From Eledone cirrhosa (lineage: Eukaryota), in the NCBI GenBank assembly GCA_964016885.1, contig OZ024740.1, positions 215,326,001-215,390,000 of the forward strand: a DNA stretch of 64,000 nucleotides, given 5' to 3'. Made by a program: the position numbers and the translations under genes. The notes beneath the pieces were generated by a model. That model was not told where the DNA came from. It saw nothing but the letters and a program-made list of their open reading frames with translations, and did not search any database. This document shows, piece after piece, positions 39,428 to 56,670 of the stretch. How positions within the stretch are numbered: the first letter of the stretch is position 1; each line of letters starts with the position of its first letter.

Positions 39428-40630
39428 CATGGTGGCTGCCAACTCGTTTTCGAGTACGGCCACTACTTTATATCCATATAGGAGAACCCCTACCGATGCG
39501 CTGAACGAGTGACTTTTTAGTCCAGCCAGCGACTTGAAAACTCTGGTACAAACACTACACTTGTGACAAATATTGACACATAGTGCTGGGCCCATGGTAC
39601 CCTGTGACGATAAGTGCAGAGAGATCTCCAGATATAAAGCAATGCCTGTGCCGTGAAGCTTTTATAGTGAGCAAAGGCACTGCACAAAGCCAGTCCCACT
39701 CTCTTAACCAAGATGATATTTACCAAAAAGAAGAACAAGTCAACATCATTGGATACCATCAGGGTTGCAGGTGTTATATCAGAGTTTTCCTTCTCCTAGA
39801 ATTCTGCCTTGACAAAGGCTAAAGGGTCATCTCTCCCAGTGATTTTGGATGGCCATTGACTCTTAAGAGCTCCTTTGCCCTTTGACAGGTCTTGTTTTTA
39901 GTCCTGCAGGATGTCCAAAGTCACCCTCCTCACCAAGAAACCTTGGTGGGGTTGCCAGTTTAGTCGCCAACGACCCGACCATGGGTCAGGTTGTACTGGG
40001 ATACATGTTACCAGTAGCACCAACATAGATACATACATATATACATACATGCATACATACACACTCATACGCACATACATACATAAATATATACATACAT
40101 AAATACATACACACATACATATGTATATGCATACATGCATACATACACACACATACACACATACACACATACACACATACACACATACATACATAAATAT
40201 ATACATACATAAATACATACACACATACATACATACATACATACATACATACATACATACATGATGGCTGCCCCCTCGTTATCGAGTATGGACATTGCAC
40301 GATATACCATTATTAATAATTATTAATTAATTCTATCGTGCAATGCCTGTGCGTGAAGATATTTTTTAAAGTGAGGAAAGACTGTGCACTGAGCCAATCC
40401 CACTCTCTGAGCGACAGTAGCTATAACCCGAAAAGAAGAAAAGATCAACATCATCGGTAACTACTGAGCCGCAGGTTTTATATCGGAGTTATCCCAGTTT
40501 CCTGAGTTACCTTCTCCTAAAAGAATGCCCTGACAAAGGCTAGGGGTCCTTCATTCCCAGTGGTTTAACCGCGCGGTACATGTGTTTATATACATATTTA
40601 CACACTGTTGGATGGCCGTTGACTCTTATA
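39428..40630 (-). mobile_element. Two non-autonomous RTE-derived elements separated by (TATG)n
   Basis: Reverse-complement homologues of 28074-28797; the longest copy spans 40024 down to 39428. Confidence 0.78.
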
Positions 40631-41006
40631 CATACATACACACACACACATACACACATACATACATAAATAAATATATACATACATACATAAATACATA
40701 CAAACACACAGATACACACATACATACATACGTACAGACATTGATTATTATCTAATCGAACTCTTGAGAGCGCATCATCAGCTATTGTTGACGACTGTCG
40801 CAGCTAACTGTTGATTAACAAGTAAGCTAAACCGGTCTCTGTAGACATTACACGCCGAGAACGACATATTCAACTTCCAGTTCCCTGTGTTCCAGGTCGA
40901 TAGTGCAGATCACAAAGTTGTGGTTTGAGTATGTTTGTAATTGTGGACATCTTACGATATCTCTGTCGGTTAGCCTCATAAAAACCTATCTAAATACGAT
41001 CTAGAT

Positions 41007-41345
41007 CAGAGGTTCTCAAACTTTTTTTCGCTGTGGACCACCAAAATAAGTAATTTTTTCCTGTTGACCACCTAAACTTTTAAATCTTTTGTAATAGAAC
41101 TGCTACTTATAAGTATCAGTAGATGCTTTTTTTTCAATGAATTAGAAAATGCTATTATCATGTCGCAGTGCCTAAAAATCTACGCAAATAAACAGCTGAA
41201 GTCGTACTTATGCGAAGAATAAGAACAGCGCTTTAAGTCAAATGCAGGGATCAAAAGAGAATTTGCTATTGAACATTTTCTGTGGACCACCTGAATTTTC
41301 CTGTGGACCACTAGTGGTCCACATGGACCAGGTTGAGAACCCCTG
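41007..41345. mobile_element. hAT (Charlie-like) MITE
   Basis: TIRs CAGAGGTTCTCAA / TTGAGAACCCCTG, 8-bp TSD ATCTAGAT / GTCTAGAT, and subterminal TGGACCA repeats. Confidence 0.85.
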
Positions 41346-41497
41346 GTCTAGATGACCCTATGTGATTACTCCATGTCCACACAGGAGCATTGGTATCTGT
41401 CAGATGTTGGAAACGTCTGATCAGATTGTTGGGGACTTTTGCATCCCTTTATCAAACGGCTCGTCATACAGAGTCCTTTTGTGGGTCCAAGAGGCCA

Positions 41498-41822
41498 ATA
41501 ATGATGAGGATGATGATGATAATGAAGATGATGATGAGGATGATGATGATAATGAAGATGATGATGAGGATGATGATGATAATGAAGATGATGATGAGGA
41601 TGATGATGATAATGAAGATGATGATGAGGATGATGATGATAATGAAGATGATGATTTTGAGGATAATAATGATAATTATGGCAACACATGTTGTTCTTGA
41701 TGATGTTGGTGATGGTGATGATGATGCTGGTGATGGTGGTGATGATAAGGATGATGGTGATGAGGATGATGATAATGATGTTGGTGATGGTGATGGTGAT
41801 GACGGTAATGATGATGATGATA
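41498..41822. repeat. (GAT)n-derived tract with a 30-bp higher-order unit
   Basis: AATGAAGATGATGATGAGGATGATGATGAT repeated about five times. Confidence 0.9.
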
Positions 41823-42234
41823 ACAGTACTAACGACATCTCCATCACAGAAAAATAAACACATCTTGTGTGATTTAATACTCCAATCTCTGACTACACAC
41901 ATACACACACATACACACACTTACACACACTTACATACACACACGTCCACACACAAGCATACACACACGTCCACACACATAGACACACGTTGTGTAAACA
42001 TTCACATGCATGTGCACACAAGCATATTGGCACACGTATATATACACACGCATACACACACGTACACACACGTACATATGCACACACTCATATGCGCACA
42101 CATACACACACGTAGATATGCACACACACACATATATACACACATGCACATACATAACTGAGAAACAAACAACATTGAAATAAACACAGAAATGTGAGTA
42201 CTGAGAAACATACACATACATATTCACGTGTATG

Positions 42235-42280
<46 letters not shown>

Positions 42281-42291
42281 GATATGTGTGC

Positions 42292-42349
<58 letters not shown>

Positions 42350-42399
42350 GTATATATATATATATACATACATAAATAAATATAGATATATGAATATAG

Positions 42400-42450
<51 letters not shown>

Positions 42451-42460
42451 AAACACACAT

Positions 42461-42491
<31 letters not shown>

Positions 42492-43046
42492 GGCGGGGGA
42501 GAAAATGCCACATACACAAATATGATACACACACTCATACCCCCCCTCCCCCACATATCTATATATAAATAAATACATAAAGATATATAGAAAATGCAGC
42601 ATACACAAGGATGATACACATACGCATACATACATACATACACATACATATACAGATGTGCACACATATATACACACAAACATACTTATTTTCCACCCAC
42701 TGATGTCCTGTCCACCTGAAAATAAGATTTGTTATGTCGGATTGGGTTACTTCGTCTAGAGTTGTTACACCGGGTGGCTTTGGGTACAAACAAACATAGA
42801 CTTCCGTTATTTCTCTCACTGTAGTGGCTTCTTCCCTAGATAGGCCGGGTAGGGCTGGGAGATTACTACACAGAAGGGGCTGCGAGAGAGAGAGAATGAA
42901 GGGGTTTTGTTACTGAGTCGGGGTGGCTTACTACACAGAAGGGGCTGCAATAGGGAGTCGGGTTGGCTTACTACATAGAGGGGGCTGCAATAGACTGAGA
43001 AAGAGAGAGAGGAAGGGGGAGAAAGAGAGAGAGGAGGGAGAGAAAG

Positions 43047-43081
<35 letters not shown>

Positions 43082-43379
43082 AAGGAGTTTTGTTAATAAA
43101 CAATAAACTATTGCTGAACTAAAAGTGTAAATAAACAAGAAGCTTCCTAAGAGGGTTCTACCTGTGATATGGCGGCGGTGGTGGTGGTGGTGGTAGGTGG
43201 TGATGGTGATGGTGGTGGTGTTGATAGTGTTGGTGATGGTGGTGGTGTCAGTAGTGGTTGTGGTGATAACTGTGTTAGTGGTAAGGACAGCCAGCTGGGT
43301 CTTTATCTTATCAAACTCTTCCTAGAATGGACTAACAGCTGAAAAGCCTAAATAATGCACTGTTGTTAGTTGTTTATAT

Positions 43380-43524
<145 letters not shown>

Positions 43525-43665
43525 AATATATAAATATATAAATATATAAAGAAAAGAAATCTAAAATGCAGGAGTCTTTTTAAGAAGATTTATTTATTTC
43601 CTTTACCGGTTTCACAGTTCTTATGCTTTTCAAAAGTAGAATTGTGATGCAGGGTTTGTGGTTTG

Positions 43666-43715
<50 letters not shown>

Positions 43716-44305
43716 TCCCGTAAGTCCTGATAGAGTCGTTGTGACGATCGTATTGACATACGGCGCTTCTTGGGTATTTAAAACCTGGCGGAACCCATCC
43801 CTCTCCAGGCCTGAGCACAGCAGATCTCTTCCAGAGAGAGGAAGAATCGACCCCAGTACTAGACTGGTACTTTTTTATCGACCTCGAAAGGATGAAAGGC
43901 AAAGTTGATCTCGGCGGGATTTGAACTCAGAGAGCAGAGAGTTGGGGTGAATAACATAAAGCATTCTATCCGGCATTCTAACGTCTCTGCTAATTCGCCG
44001 CCTTATATATATGTATACACACACACACACATATATATATATCTTTACGTATGTATGTATATGTATATATATATATATATGATGTATATATAGCTATTTC
44101 TCTTAATTTTGAGAATATTTGTGACCGGCCATCCTCCCGGCAGCAAGACTATAAAGAAAAGGAAGATTTTGTCGTCCCTTGTGCAATCGTTCATCCTTTG
44201 AATATTAAGAATATTTTACAGATATTGAAGTTTCCATAATCCGTCGCCGCCATTTGTAGGTCATGAATTAAAAACAAACTGACTGCTTGATGATATGTAT
44301 GTATG

Positions 44306-44389
<84 letters not shown>

Positions 44390-44392
<3 letters not shown>

Positions 44393-46273
44393 GTCCTGGA
44401 CCTCTGTTTTACAAACAACCTCGGATCATAACTTAGTAGAACTAATGATATGTGGTCCGAGAGGACCAACAGAGACACAACCATCAAGAAGCACCGGGAC
44501 GTTATCCAGCTTTGACTTCTACAGGGCTGACTGGAAAAAGATCAAGAGAGAAATCCGAAAGCAAATATGGAGCGAAAACACCGTCACACAAGACACCAAC
44601 ACACAATTTCAAAACTTCATGATAATGATACACACTATATGCAAAAAGTTTGTCCCGGAGAAAAAGGCAAACAGACACAAAAATCTTATTCCCAGAGATA
44701 GAAAAATCCTTATGAGACGAAGAACCAAGCTCTCAAACCAGTTGAATGCACTACAAGAAAACAAAAACAAGAAGGAATCCTATTTGAAACGTGCACTACT
44801 TGACACCGAGATTGCACTCAAACTTTCCCATGAAAATGAGAGGTCAAAGAAAGAAAGCAGGGCCATAGAAAATATTAAAACCAACCCTAAGGCCTTCTTT
44901 AAATTTGCAAAAGAAACTGCCTCGGTACACTGCAAGATTGAGCCACTCTTCCATACAGACGGTTCATTAACCGAGAGTCCCCAAGAGATAAGTGAAATAC
45001 TGAACGAACAGTACAAAAGTGTGTTCACATGTCCACTGAGGCACATGAAAATAACAAAGCCAGAGGAGTTCTTTGATGCCACAACACTACATGAAGAAAT
45101 GGCGACCATCAACCACATAGACATAACGGAGGAGGATGTGGTATACGCCATAGATGAAATTAGAACGGACTCAGCTGCTGGACCTGATGGATTCCCAGCA
45201 GTCCTCTTAAAAACATGTAAGTGGGCCTTAGCAACTCCACTGAAGACGCTCTTCAGAAGCTCCTTGGCTAGCGGTATACTACCCAAGGAGCTGAAAGAAG
45301 GCACAATATGCCCTATCCATAAAGGAAGTAGCAGAGCGGAGGCCAAAAACTATAGGCCAACCTCCCTAACGTCACATATCAGTAAGGTCATGGAGCGAGT
45401 CATCAGAAAGAAACTGATCACTTTCCTCGAGGAAAATGACCGCCTGACTAGCGTACTTTCACCCAGGAAGAAGCTGCCTTACACAGCTGCTACATCACTA
45501 CGACTGGGTACTGAAACAGCTACTAGACAGCTCACATGCGGACGTGATATATCTTGAATTTGCGAAGGCCTTTGACAAGGTCAACCACGGAATATGTCAC
45601 AAACTACACGGACTCGGCATAACTGGAAATGTAGGTGAGTGGCTGCACGACTTCTTAAAGGACAGAAGCCAGACAGTCGCAGAAAACGGGACCCTCTCAA
45701 CGGAACATGAGGCAATCTCAACGGAACATGAGGCAATCCAGCGAAGCTACACCAAGAGGATTGCCACGATGAAGGAGATAAGCTACTGGGAGAGGCTAAA
45801 AGAACTGCACCTCTACTCCTTGGAACGAAGACGGGAGAGATACGCAGTGATCTACATGTGGAAAATCCTGGAGGGACTAGCACCAAACTTTGGCATTGGG
45901 AGCTGGACCAACCGTTGAACAGGACGTCATTGTGTGGTGCCAAAGGTCCCATCTTCCACATCTAGAATAAGGAGCAGATATTGCAATAGCCTGGGATTCA
46001 AGGGCCGTCAACTCTTCAACAAGATGCCGAGGGATCTGAGAGATCTGCATGGTGTGGAGGTGGATGCCTTCAAGAAACATCTCGACACCTTGCTATCCAG
46101 GATCCCGGATGAGCCCACAGCAAGACACGAGGGAAACCTAAGGGCAGCAGCAACAAACTCCTTCTTGCACCAGTGGCCAACCAATACAGGCCGGAGATAA
46201 AATGTGTAGCAGCAAGGGCAGTGCCCCAGCATGGCCTCAGCCGGATGGCTGGAACAGGTAAAAGAGTAAAAGA

Positions 46274-46275
<2 letters not shown>
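44390..46275 (+). mobile_element. CR1-like LINE, 5'-truncated and internally deleted
   Basis: SAAGPDG, NYRPTSLTSHISKVMER, YLEFAKAFDKVNH and LYSLERRRERY motifs; RT core missing near 45700; 3' UTR ends in (GTAAAAGA)n. Confidence 0.9.
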
Positions 46276-46327
<52 letters not shown>

Positions 46328-46432
46328 ATATGTATGTAAGTATATATATATATATATGTATATGTATATATATATTAAATATATTATATATGTATATATA
46401 TATATATAAATATATATATACATATATATATG

Positions 46433-46485
<53 letters not shown>

Positions 46486-46554
46486 TCTACTACCTCAAGT
46501 ATTGAGTACTTTGGTGCGTTATGGTCCACCTGGTTCCTTACCACATTTCCTTCG

Positions 46555-46650
<96 letters not shown>

Positions 46651-46661
46651 GATACATATAT

Positions 46662-46721
<60 letters not shown>

Positions 46722-46760
46722 ATGTATATATATATATATATATATATAAATATATACATA

Positions 46761-47933
46761 TCAGGTCATTTTGTATGAAATGTCTGATTTCGAATTGAAA
46801 GTTTATTTTATCTCGAAAAAGAAACAGTGCAATTAATCAAAGTATGCACCTAAACTATCAACACACTTTTGCCATCTTAATGGTAACTTGTTTATGTTGG
46901 AAGCAAAGAAGCCTGGGGGGCGAGAGGCAATGAAATCACAAAAGGCTGTTTTTGCAGCTTCTTGAGGAGTGAATGTTTTTCCTAGCAAGACGTGGTCCAT
47001 TGCCTGGATGACATGATAATCAGTTGGTGCAAGGTCTGGTGAATATCGTGGGTAACAAAAAGTCCAGCTCCTGTAGTTTGGGCAGCGTTGTTTGTGCGAC
47101 ATATGGTCTAGCGTTGTCTTGCAAGAGGATTGACCTGTCTCTATTGACCAATCACGGCTGTTTAATCGCAAGCTCTCTCACCATTCCGTCCAATTGGTTG
47201 CAGTATACATCCGCTGTAATGGATTGGCCAGGTATGACAAAGCTGTTGTGGATGATGCCGATGTTGGAGCACCAAACACACCATTTAGCTTTTTTTTTTT
47301 GGTGAATATTCTGTTTTGGACTGTGTTTCGGCACTTCATTTTTATCCAGCCATCGTGTTGAACGCTTGCTGTTGTTGAAAAGAATCCATTTTTCGTCACA
47401 TGTAACAATACGATGCAAAAATTATTCGTGACATCAAAGAACAGCATGCTTCGAGAAAAGTTGCCGATTTGTTTCAAATGGACCAATATTGTTGAAATAG
47501 TAACATCAAACCTCGTAGTTTGAGATGTATCTACTTCCACTACAGTTTCCAACTCACCATTATCCTTGGTCAGAGGTCTCCCACGTGGCTTATTTTCAAA
47601 ATTAAAGTCGCCAGAAAGGAACTTCTCAAACCATCGACGTATTGTGCTTTCATCATCCACATCCTGCCAAACTCCTCGTTGATGTTTCGTGCTGTCTGTG
47701 ATACATTGGTTCTACAACAAAACTCATATTATAAAACAACACGAATTTTTTACATATCCATGGGGTCACAAACAATTCAAAAATCAATCACAAACCAAAA
47801 CGTGCATTTGAACAACTGATGATGTACCTGCACAATAAAACAAAACCAAGAACTCTCATGGTGAAATGTTAGAGATAGTGACTCTCAAACTTAGTGCTTA
47901 AGGAAATCGGACATTTCATATTTAATGACCTAA
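46761..47933 (-). mobile_element. Mariner (Tc1/mariner) transposon, defective
   Basis: TIRs of about 30 bp (TYAGGTCATT...TATGAAATGTCYGATTTC) flanked by TA; motifs RIVTCDEKW and YSPDLAPTDYH across frameshifted ORFs. Confidence 0.92.
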
Positions 47934-48007
47934 TATATATTACTCGCCATCGGATTACATTGAGTTCTATCTACGGTACGGACCCTACCACCAAGGGTAG
48001 ATAACAC

Positions 48008-48054
<47 letters not shown>

Positions 48055-48056
<2 letters not shown>

Positions 48057-48481
48057 CAGGATGGATTCAGTTTGAAATTGGTTAGACCATTACTCAACAG
48101 GGTACTCGATATTTGGGGTAGTAGAGTATGGTTATATTATAAAGAGTCGAGGCCCGACGGTTGAGCTCCTGCTGTTTCAATAGTTAGGTCCAGACCGATT
48201 GCCGAAGGGCTTGGCGGTTTACTGGCTGTATCATCAGGGGAGTGGTTTGTCCAAATAAGGGTATACAGTATTTATCCAATTGTAAATTCTCTTCATATAA
48301 GTGTTAATTATTTTTTTTTATGAAGAGAATTTATAATTGGATAAATAATGTATGCCCTTATTTGGACAAACCACACTTTTGATGAAAAAGCCAGTAAACC
48401 ACCAAGCCCTTCGGCAATCAGTCTGGAATTAGCTGTTGAAACGGCAAGAGCTGAACCGCCGGGTCCCGACTTTTTATAATA
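48055..48481 (-). mobile_element. Fold-back PLE-like remnant (diverged palindrome 48135-48481 plus tail 48055-48134)
   Basis: Imperfect arms of about 165 bp; related to the 30290-30480 family. Confidence 0.75.
48153..48240 (-). ncRNA. Type I hammerhead with long stem II
   Basis: CCC-CTGATGA-TACAGC...-GAA-ACAG...CCGT-C^GGG, with one stem III mismatch. The plus-arm copy has core mutations. Confidence 0.6.
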
Positions 48482-48488
48482 CATATAC

Positions 48489-48668
48489 CAAATTTAATAT
48501 ATAGAAATGGCTTCTACAGGACTAGAATTTTCATTCGAAGGAAATATGATTTCCTACGAATAAAACAGTTCGAGTCCTGTTGAAGACATTTCTATATATT
48601 AAATTTGTTGCCTACACTCTACTGATGTATTGAGTACCTTACTTACTGTGGTATCCCCGATTGGACCA
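48489..48668 (+). mobile_element. Fold-back remnant related to 13582-13775 (palindrome 48489-48607 plus tail)
   Basis: Shares CTACAGGACTAGAA and the tail TATTGAGTACCTTACTTACTGTGGT with the 13.6-kb copy. Confidence 0.75.
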
Positions 48669-48694
48669 CACACACACGCACGCACACACGCACG

Positions 48695-48830
<136 letters not shown>

Positions 48831-48859
48831 ATGTTAAGAAATAAACATAGGCTCCGAAT

Positions 48860-49217
48860 TAGCAGAGGTTTTAGGGCAGCGTTTCATGTACTATGGGCAT
48901 GTGGTTAGAATGACTCTAGAAAAAATCGCTGGGCAGATTTTACGGGCAAAACCAGCCGGCAGGAGGGCCAGGGGTAGACCCTGGGCAAGATGGTTGGGTA
49001 ACATCCATGGGCTTGGCTGGTATCGCTTGGAGATCCAGCTGGATCAGCTGGAGAGGATTGCGTCTGACAGGACCTGCTGGAAGGAGTGTTTGAGGACTCT
49101 GCCTCCACGACCCCCACAGGAATAAATGGGGGAAAAGAAGAAGAAGAAGAAGAAGAAGAAGAAGAAGAAGAAGAAGAAGAAGAAGAAGAAGAAGAAGAAG
49201 AAGAAGAAGAAGAAGAA
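48860..49217 (+). mobile_element. RTE-clade LINE 3' end with (GAA)n tail
   Basis: YYGHVVRM...GRRARGRPWARW...DRTCW. Confidence 0.75.
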
Positions 49218-49419
49218 AGAGCTATAAAAATTATGATTGGTTGAAAGAAAATAATTGACAGATGTGAATCTAAAACGCAGTCTTCAGCGACAAAGATAAA
49301 ACCATAAAACAATAATTTCTAATCTATAAGAATTACTATGAATAAAACTGATAAAGGTTTTAATTAGTAGGAAAAATACAATTACTGTAAATTATCCACA
49401 TAAAAAAATTATTATTATA

Positions 49420-49770
49420 AGTGAAAGAGGCCGTATGGTGGACATTTCTTCGGGTTTCACTTGAAAGGAAAATCAGGGTGGAGAAGGAAGTGCTGTCTTC
49501 AGAACCATTTGTTGAAATGTGGGTAAAAGAGGCGAGAATAGCCCGAGTGAATGGACCTGCCTGTAGATTAAAGGAGGACATCTGTGGAGAGGGCACTTGC
49601 CCTGGCGGTCAGGGTGACTGTCACTTTTGGGGGCGTTCTCCGCGAGTAACCTTCGGAAGTCTCGCCCGCCCCTATTGGGAAATTTTAGTTTTGTTTCATT
49701 TTTTTTGTTTTTGTTTTATACTAATTTTTCCACGCAGAAACCCACATTATACCGTCCTGTACTGTCCTTA
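49420..49770 (+). mobile_element. Possible L1/Tx1-like LINE 3' end
   Basis: FLRVSLERKIRVEKEVLSSEPFVEMW resembles Tx1-type C-termini; weak recognition only. Confidence 0.35.
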
Positions 49771-50013
49771 ATGTATTATAATTGTTTCTACGTTAGGCAC
49801 AAGGCCAGCAAATACCCAGTGTATTACTGGTACTTTATTTTATCTCGACCCCATAAGGATGAAAGGCAAAGTTAACCTCGGCGGGATTTGAACTCAGAAT
49901 GGCAAGGGCCGTAACTCTATGCGCCAAAGCATGGCATCCGACACTCTACCAATACTGCCAATCCACCGCCTTAATGTATTATAATGTAAACCTTTTATGG
50001 TCAATAAAGAAAA

Positions 50014-50066
<53 letters not shown>

Positions 50067-50067
50067 T

Positions 50068-50410
<343 letters not shown>

Positions 50411-50436
50411 CAACAATAATAATAATAATAATAATA

Positions 50437-50510
<74 letters not shown>

Positions 50511-50666
50511 ATTATAATGATAAAGACATTATTGTTATTATTATTACTAAAAAAATCAAAAGATTTATCATATTTCAGGTCATTAGATAGATTTCATTTA
50601 AAATCATTGTATTTTGATATTTATGACATTTATGTTTGTGATCGAATGGTCACACACACATGTAAC

Positions 50667-50755
<89 letters not shown>

Positions 50756-50864
50756 ATGTGTGTGTATGTGAACAGGCGCAAATTCACTCACACATATTTA
50801 TCTACATATAGAGATAATGTGTATATAAATATGAATATAATATATATATGTGTATATAAATGTA

Positions 50865-50920
<56 letters not shown>

Positions 50921-50976
50921 TATATTTATATATACATATATCTCTATATATGCGTGTGTGTATATATATATATATA

Positions 50977-51007
<31 letters not shown>

Positions 51008-51087
51008 CATACACGCATATATATGTATATATAAATATAAATATTATATATGTGTATATATATGTGATATATGTGTATATAAATATA

Positions 51088-51125
<38 letters not shown>

Positions 51126-51172
51126 TATATTTATATACACATATATCTCTATATGTAGATACATATATATGC

Positions 51173-51263
<91 letters not shown>

Positions 51264-51653
51264 ATAGATATAGATAGACATATAAATCATCCGAATACAG
51301 GCAATGAAACAATAGTGTCCACCATCGGTCGTTTGATGTCACTAGATAGCGCCCCATTTTAACCCCCGTACAAATTAATACTTGCTCCGTGAGATAGAAT
51401 CTATAGCAGTCGTTAAAACCATTTTCCTAATATAGGAATCGATCGTCTGGAACTCATACATATTTATCAAGAACTTTATGTCTAGCAATACAAAACAACA
51501 ACAACAGCCACAATAAGAAGAACATGAAATCTCAGAGATCGATGTTATAATATATGAATATGGGTTTGTTCATACATATATAGGGGCTAAGCTGTCGATA
51601 CGTACGTAAATCATACGAAGAATTTACACACACGCATATACATACATACAGAC

Positions 51654-51686
<33 letters not shown>

Positions 51687-51724
51687 TATGTATATATATG
51701 TGTGTGTATATATTTATATATATA

Positions 51725-51790
<66 letters not shown>

Positions 51791-51809
51791 TATATAAATA
51801 TATATATAC

Positions 51810-51869
<60 letters not shown>

Positions 51870-51922
51870 TTGCGAGGTTTTTTATATGAAATCGTGTGTC
51901 GAAATATCAATATAGTTATAAC

Positions 51923-53732
<1,810 letters not shown>

Positions 53733-53845
53733 ATTCTTTTATACTCCGGCCTACTCATACGTGTTTAGATATACACAAAATATAGTTAGGGTGTGTGAGT
53801 GTGTGTGCGCATGTATATATATGGATGTGCACGCGTATATATGTA

Positions 53846-53956
<111 letters not shown>

Positions 53957-53965
53957 GTATATATA

Positions 53966-54007
<42 letters not shown>

Positions 54008-54029
54008 CATATATATGTGTGTGTGTATA

Positions 54030-54197
54030 CGAGGGTCTAGTGATGCTAGAGCTGTGAAATCTACCATACATTAATTTCAGTTCATCTTATTAATAATTGT
54101 ATTGTTTCTTTCCTGAGAATATGTTGAAAAATAAAGCTCATTTGGTCATTCCATGAGAGTATCTTGGTCAGCCTATGAACTTTTCAGCTTACCCTCG
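54030..54197. mobile_element. Possible mariner-type MITE remnant
   Basis: TA-CGAGGGT ... ACCCTCG-TA ends; only 9 bp of inverted identity. Confidence 0.4.
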
Positions 54198-54233
54198 TAT
54201 ATATGCGTGTATAAATGTGTATATATATACACA

Positions 54234-54349
<116 letters not shown>

Positions 54350-54417
54350 CATATATATATACAACTTTGATAACTTTGATAGGTTTCGGCCAGTATTGGC
54401 CAAGGCCATGTCTAACT

Positions 54418-54448
<31 letters not shown>

Positions 54449-54472
54449 GCCGTTTGTGTATGTGTGTATTTA

Positions 54473-54525
<53 letters not shown>

Positions 54526-54544
54526 GGAGAGAGAGAGAGAGAGT

Positions 54545-54599
<55 letters not shown>

Positions 54600-54667
54600 A
54601 GGGAGCTTTTCTATTTATGTATGCGTAGGGTACTTGAAAGGGCTGCCATCATATGTATATATAGGTA

Positions 54668-55298
54668 TATATATAAATATATGAAAAAATGGCGTGCTGC
54701 GTGGTTGCAAATGGGTTACATATGAATAAAATTAGTCCTTCATCAGTGATCTTCCAGCCTTCATTGGTATTTCATCGCTTTAAAGATCATATACCTCCGG
54801 TTGGTGCGAGCAACGGCTAAAGAAAGTCGTTGGGACACGTAAAATAGGGTGAAACGAGCGAGACATGTAAACAAACAAAGATGGTAATGCAACGAAAAGT
54901 GAGGAAGAAGGAGTCTCAAGTCCCAGAAATCGATGAACTTAAGTTCTGTGAAATCGTAGACGAGAGATAAAGACCAGCCAACCTGGGTGAAAAGTGAGCG
55001 AGAAAAGGATTTCACACAGGTCAAACGGGAGGAAGTGATGGAGAGGGAGTAGCAGAGAGTGAGTGAGTGAAAGTGTGAGGAAGAGGCTAACTGAGGGAGT
55101 GACTGACAGAGGGGGTAAAAAGAAAGTGAGAGATACAGAGAAAGGGGAAGCAGTAAGAAAGAAACAGACAGGTCACAGCGGAGGAAAATATATAAATATA
55201 TGAAAAAATGGCGTGCTGCGTGGTTGCAAATGGGTTACATATGAATAAAATTAGTCCTTCATCAGTGATCTTCCAGCCTTCATTGGTATTTCATCGCT
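54668..55298 (-). mobile_element. Non-coding element with direct terminal repeats of about 110 bp (519-bp period) carrying a hammerhead-like motif
   Basis: 54668-54779 is repeated at about 55187-55298; CTGATGA and GAAA modules on the minus strand. Confidence 0.6.
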
Positions 55299-56263
55299 AT
55301 AGGTATATATAGGTATATATAGGTATATATAGGTATATATAGGTATATATAGGTATATGTAGGTATATATAGGTATATATAGGTATACGTAGGTATATAT
55401 AGGTATATGTAGGTATATGTAGGTATATGTAGGCATATATAGGTATATATAGGTATATATAGGTATATATAGGTATATATAGGTATTCTAAGGCGGGTAA
55501 AATTCCCGAGATCCATGGACGAGTTCTCTCCAGCGGTCTCTGTCCCTCATCATCGCTGCCATGTCCTGCGTCTCCAACAGACCAGTGTCTGTCCTTAGGG
55601 CATCAACATACGTTAAATATATAGGTATATGTAGGTATATATAGGTATATATGGGTATATGTAGGTATATGTAGGTATATCTAAGTATATATAGGTATAT
55701 CTAGGTATATGTAGGTATATATAGGTATATCTAGGTATATATAGGTATATATAGGTATATGTAGGTATATATAGGTATATATGGGTATATGTAGGTATAT
55801 GTAGGTATATCTAGTTATATGTAGGTATATCTAGGTATATGTAGGTATATATAGGTAAATATAGGTATATGTAGGTATATATAGGTATATGTAGGTATAC
55901 ATATGTATATGTAGGTATATGTAGGTATATCTAGTTATATGTAGGTATATATAGGTATATATAGGTATATGTAGGTATATATAGGTATATGTAGGTATAT
56001 ATAGGTATATGTAGGTATATATAGGTATATATGGGTATATGTAGGTATATGTAGGTATATCTAAGTATATGTAGGTATATCTAGGTATATGTAGGTATAT
56101 ATAGGTATATATATAGGTATATATAGGTATATGTAGGTATATATAGGTATATATAGGTATATGTAGGTATATATAGGTATATGTAGGTATATGTAGGTAT
56201 ATCTTGGTATATGTAGGTATATATAGGTATATATAGGTATATATAGGTATATATAGGTATATA
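55299..56263. repeat. 10-bp minisatellite (TAGGTATATA/G)n containing an RTEX-like 3' fragment (55488-55618, minus)
   Basis: Visible array; the insert translates [13 protein letters not shown]...[12 protein letters not shown]. Confidence 0.9.
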
Positions 56264-56264
56264 T

Positions 56265-56670
56265 GGATGACCCCTTAGCCTTTGTCAAGGCAGAATTCTA
56301 GGAGAAGGAAAACTCTGATATAACACCTGCAACCCTGATGGTATCCAATGTTGTTGACTTGTTCTTCTTTTTGGTAAATATCATCTTGGTTAAGAGAGTA
56401 GGACTGGCTTTGTGCAGCGCCTTTGCTCACTATAAAAGCTTCACGGCACAGGCATTGCTTTATATCTGGAGATCTCTCTGCACTTGTCATCACATGGTAC
56501 CATGGGCCCAGCACTATGTGTCAGTAATTGTCACAAGTGTAGTGTTTGTACCAGAGTTTTCAAGTCGCTGGCTGGACTAAAAAGTCACACTCGTTCAGCG
56601 CATCGGTAGGGGTTCTCCTACATGGATATAAAGTAGTGGCCGTACTCGAAAACGAGTTGGCAACCACCAT
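56265..56670 (+). mobile_element. Non-autonomous RTE-derived element (third copy)
   Basis: Near-identical to 28173-28578. Confidence 0.8.

Noticed and set aside
39432-39465. ACTCG-TTTT-CGAGTAC resembling the PLE tail motif
   Set aside because: It is the antisense of the RTE 3' terminal stem-loop with a 4-nt loop and different context; not counted as the same motif.
39955-40024. Possible HDV-like ribozyme at the 5' end of the RTE-derived element (minus)
   Set aside because: CCAGT...ACTAA-ACTGG resembles P2 and J4/2, but I could not build convincing P1, P3 and P1.1 by eye.
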